Part shown: one piece after another, positions 61,537-64,000 of the stretch
Layout: the number at the start of each line of letters is the position of its first letter
How positions within the stretch are numbered: position 1 is the stretch's first letter
Origin: Anaerolineae bacterium
GTDB lineage: Bacteria > Chloroflexota > Anaerolineae > Aggregatilineales > J027
Assembly (NCBI GenBank): GCA_034437655.1
Contig: DAOTTU010000055.1
Span: 19,001-83,000 of the forward strand
Reading direction: 5' to 3'
DNA: 64,000 nucleotides
Translations under genes and position numbers: made by a program
The notes under the pieces: model-generated
What the model was told of the DNA's origin: nothing
The model's input: the letters and a program-made list of their open reading frames with translations, nothing else
The model's database searches: none

Positions 61537-64000
61537 TTATTCTTCCTTCTCGCCGCTGCTGAGACGCTGACGAGCTTCGGTTCGCTTCTGGCGAGCGGGG
61601 GCATGGTCCGGGTTCAGTTCCAGGGCCCGGTTGAAAGCCTGCACCGCTTCGGCGAATCGGTCTAAAGCCATCAAAAACACCCCGTGATCATACCATAACC
61701 AAACACTCTGGGGCGAGGCATTGGTCGCTTTCTCAATAAAGTAGAGCGCTTGCTCGTCGTTGCCAAGCGCTTTGTGGGCCTGCGCAATACCGCCCCACGC
61801 CCAGCCATAATTCGGGTCCAGTTCAACGGCCCGTTCATAGGCTTCAATCGCGTCGTCAAAGCGTCCCAGATACCGCAGCACCTGCCCTCGGCTGGCCCAT
61901 GCAGACTCATCGTTTGGCGCTATCTTAAGCGCTGTATCAACTGCTTCCAGCGCCTGGCGAGGACGCCCCAGATTCAACAACACCGAAATCTGATGCAGCC
62001 AGTACCAGTACAAGCGCCCATTCAATGTAGCGGCTTTTTCGAAGCTCGCGAGGGCTTCTTCATGACGTTCGAGGTGTTCAAGGGCAAGGCCGCGCTCATC
62101 CCAAACCCAGTCAAGGGAATCATTCTGCGCAAGGGCCTGATCATAATAGCCCAGCGCTTCAGTAGGTTGACCAAGCCGCCGCAAAATTTGCCCCTTCGTA
62201 GAAAGGCTTTCGAGGTGGTCGGACTTCAAGGCTAATGCACGGTCCACACTTTCAAGCGCATCGTCATATTGACGCAACGCAACATAAGTATCGGCCTGGT
62301 TATACCAGAACCAGACATCGTCAGGCATGAGTTGTGCTGCGCGCCGGAAGCAGTCGAGCGCTTCATCGTAGCGTTTCATCATCCGCAGTGCCAATCCGCG
62401 CCCGTTCCAGGCCCAGGCATAGTCGGGTTCCAGTTCAACGGCCCGGCTATAGGACACCAGCGACTCTTCAAGGTGTCCCATGCGGCGCAAGACCTGGCCA
62501 TGCCGTGCCCACGCCCGGCTATAACGCGGTGCAACCCGCAGTGCCCCTTCGAGTGCTTCCAATGCGCCTTCAAAATCTTCCATATTGACGAGGAGGTCGG
62601 CCTGATCTTTCCAGTAGTAGCCGTTGTTGGGTTCAATTGAACACGCTTGTTTGAACGCGGCGAGGGCTTGTTGAACATCGCCCAACGCTTCAAACAAACG
62701 GCCTTTTTCGTGCCAGGCCCAGGCATAGTTTGGGTCAATTTTCAACGACCGCTCAAGGTGAATCAGTGCTTGTTTGTTGTCACCAAGTCGCCGCTGCACA
62801 TTCCCGAGCCGTGCCCATGAGCGTGCATGGTTTGGGTCTACCTTCACTGCCCGTTCAAGGATGGACACCGCTTCTGTCAGCCGATTTTGAATAGCCAGCA
62901 GGTTGCCCTGGTTGTACCACGGCCAGACGTCGTCCGGCGTGAGTTCGGCCGCCTGTCGGTATGCTTCAAAGGCGGTGTCATAGCGTGACAGCCGTTCAAG
63001 CACAATCCCGCGCCCATTGATAGCCCACGGATAGTCTGGCTTGATGCGCAATGCGGTGTCATAGGCTTTCAGAGCGTCTTTATTGCGGCCAAGGTAGCGA
63101 AAAATCTGCGCCATCTTGGCCCAACTATTGTAATGGGTGGGCTGCACGATGGTTGCCGTTTTGATCGCTTTGAGTGCCTCGGTATAACGCCCCAGTTCAA
63201 AATACATATCCGCCTGATTGTACCAACCCCATATGTAGTCGGGATTGTATTCAGTGGCGTGTTGAAAAGCCTCGACTGCCTCTTCAATACGGCCCAGCGC
63301 TTTCAAGCACAGGCCTTTGCCGTTCCAAGCCCAATAGTGGGTGCGGTTTAGTTCAAGGGCACGGTTATAAGCGTTCAGGGCCTGCATATAGCGGCCCATG
63401 TGTTGCAGAATTTGCCCCTGCTTGGCCCACGAGGGGAAGTGACGTGGGTCAAGTTGCAACGCGCGGTCAATTTTCGTGAGGGCATCCTCCATACGGCCCG
63501 TAGAAAACAACACTATGCTCTGGTTAAACCATGTGCGGGCATCGTTGGGTTTAATGTCGGCGCTGACTTCGTGCGCGGCGAGGGCCTGTTCAAAACGGGC
63601 CAATTTTTCGAGGATACGGCCTTTCACCGACCACGCCCACCCAAACCGTGGCTTGAGTTCCAGCGCCCGGTTAACACTTTCGAGCGCTTCTTCGTAGCGT
63701 CCACTAATGCGCAGGGCCTGGGCTTCGCGGGCCCATGAGCGGGCATCGTTCGGCTCAAGTTCAAGGGCGCGTTGATAGTCTTGCAAGGCTTCTTCAACAT
63801 GGCCGAGTTCGGTCAGGCTATAGGCTTTATCGAGCAAGTCGTTGAGTTCAAGCGTTAAGCCACTTTCTTCGAGGGTTGGTGGTACCCCTGACTTGGCTTC
63901 GTAAATGGCGGCCAGTTCATCCACCAGAACACCCCAGTTTTCCGGCCGATAACGCTTGTCTTTTTCGAGGCAACTCAACACCATATCACGAACCCGTTGC
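61537..64000 (-). CDS. Ser/Thr kinase-TPR fusion protein, 3' portion (the 5' end lies beyond the window)
   Basis: The reading frame is open to the window edge (..QRVRDMVLSCLEKDKRYRP, a kinase subdomain XI-like end), followed by about 22 consecutive TPR units. Confidence 0.85.
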   Translation of the reverse strand, partial: QRVRDMVLSCLEKDKRYRPENWGVLVDELAAIYEAKSGVPPTLEESGLTLELNDLLDKAYSLTELGHVEEALQDYQRALELEPNDARSWAREAQALRISGRYEEALESVNRALELKPRFGWAWSVKGRILEKLARFEQALAAHEVSADIKPNDARTWFNQSIVLFSTGRMEDALTKIDRALQLDPRHFPSWAKQGQILQHMGRYMQALNAYNRALELNRTHYWAWNGKGLCLKALGRIEEAVEAFQHATEYNPDYIWGWYNQADMYFELGRYTEALKAIKTATIVQPTHYNSWAKMAQIFRYLGRNKDALKAYDTALRIKPDYPWAINGRGIVLERLSRYDTAFEAYRQAAELTPDDVWPWYNQGNLLAIQNRLTEAVSILERAVKVDPNHARSWARLGNVQRRLGDNKQALIHLERSLKIDPNYAWAWHEKGRLFEALGDVQQALAAFKQACSIEPNNGYYWKDQADLLVNMEDFEGALEALEGALRVAPRYSRAWARHGQVLRRMGHLEESLVSYSRAVELEPDYAWAWNGRGLALRMMKRYDEALDCFRRAAQLMPDDVWFWYNQADTYVALRQYDDALESVDRALALKSDHLESLSTKGQILRRLGQPTEALGYYDQALAQNDSLDWVWDERGLALEHLERHEEALASFEKAATLNGRLYWYWLHQISVLLNLGRPRQALEAVDTALKIAPNDESAWASRGQVLRYLGRFDDAIEAYERAVELDPNYGWAWGGIAQAHKALGNDEQALYFIEKATNASPQSVWLWYDHGVFLMALDRFAEAVQAFNRALELNPDHAPARQKRTEARQRLSSGEKEE
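61608..63750 (-). repeat. Coding tandem repeat: 21 TPRs organised as 7 copies of a 3-TPR (about 102 aa / 306 nt) super-unit
   Basis: Repeat-start motifs cycle A/B/C seven times: A ..(S/A)WA+.GQ.L, B ..WAW(N/H)G+G, C ..W.WYNQ(A/G). Example: RAWARHGQVL / WAWNGRGLAL / WFWYNQADTY. Confidence 0.8.

Noticed and set aside
61608-63750. Regularly spaced repeats that might superficially look like a repeat array or CRISPR.
   Set aside because: The periodicity is 102/306 nt, lies within one long ORF, and encodes TPR units. There are no short direct repeats with unique spacers and no cas genes anywhere in the window.
1-64000. Mobile elements, prophage genes, toxin-antitoxin pairs, tRNA and rRNA genes.
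   Set aside because: I recognised no transposase, integrase, recombinase or phage structural motifs in any ORF. I saw no tRNA-like T-arm (GGTTCGAATCC-type) sequences in the intergenic regions. This scan was by eye only, so tRNAscan-SE and ISEScan should confirm it.

Overview
This is a 64-kb chromosomal window that looks mid-50s % G+C by eye (not computed). I call about 52 protein-coding genes, packed tightly on both strands. I found no rRNA, tRNA, CRISPR array, transposase, integrase or prophage genes. The gene families present, the frequent TTG/GTG starts and the density of Ser/Thr-kinase, FHA and TPR signalling genes suggest a Chloroflexota-like, or related Terrabacteria, organism. That taxonomic guess is inference only.

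Recognisable housekeeping and metabolic content:
- aspartate kinase, Lon protease, glutamine synthetase plus an ammonium transporter, xseB, cyclophilin and Hsp20
- enoyl-CoA hydratase plus a thioesterase
- a DtxR-type metalloregulator and a ZIP metal transporter
- an amylosucrase plus sugar-ABC operon
- a MacB-like ABC/FtsX exporter
- two GT-C (ArnT/PMT-like) glycosyltransferases
- a BY-type tyrosine kinase

Most interesting unexplained content:
1. A four-gene minus-strand operon encodes Lon, a receiver-only response regulator, a PHP phosphoesterase fused to an AlbA_2 (Schlafen-like) domain, and a GT-C protein (32241..38863).
2. A phosphomutase / DUF3090 / PI-kinase-like (SCO1664-type) three-gene module closes with its own terminator (23201..25356). 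Its DUF3090 member seems to lack the usual C-terminal Cys motif.
3. A plus-strand operon encodes a membrane-anchored M16 peptidase, a membrane-anchored minimal STAND-like NTPase and a small MGMT-like protein (57868..61056). It abuts an FHA gene and a kinase-TPR gene whose TPR array is seven copies of a three-TPR unit.
4. A strikingly AT-rich 570-bp divergent intergenic region full of inverted repeats lies between a monocistronic orphan cpaF-like ATPase and glnA (49253..49823).
5. A long aspartate-kinase leader carries a terminator-like hairpin, and I could not match it to any riboswitch class I know (7545..7728).
6. A small membrane protein carries an HxxEH motif (56480..57037).

All functional calls rest on motif-level recognition by eye. 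No database search was run.
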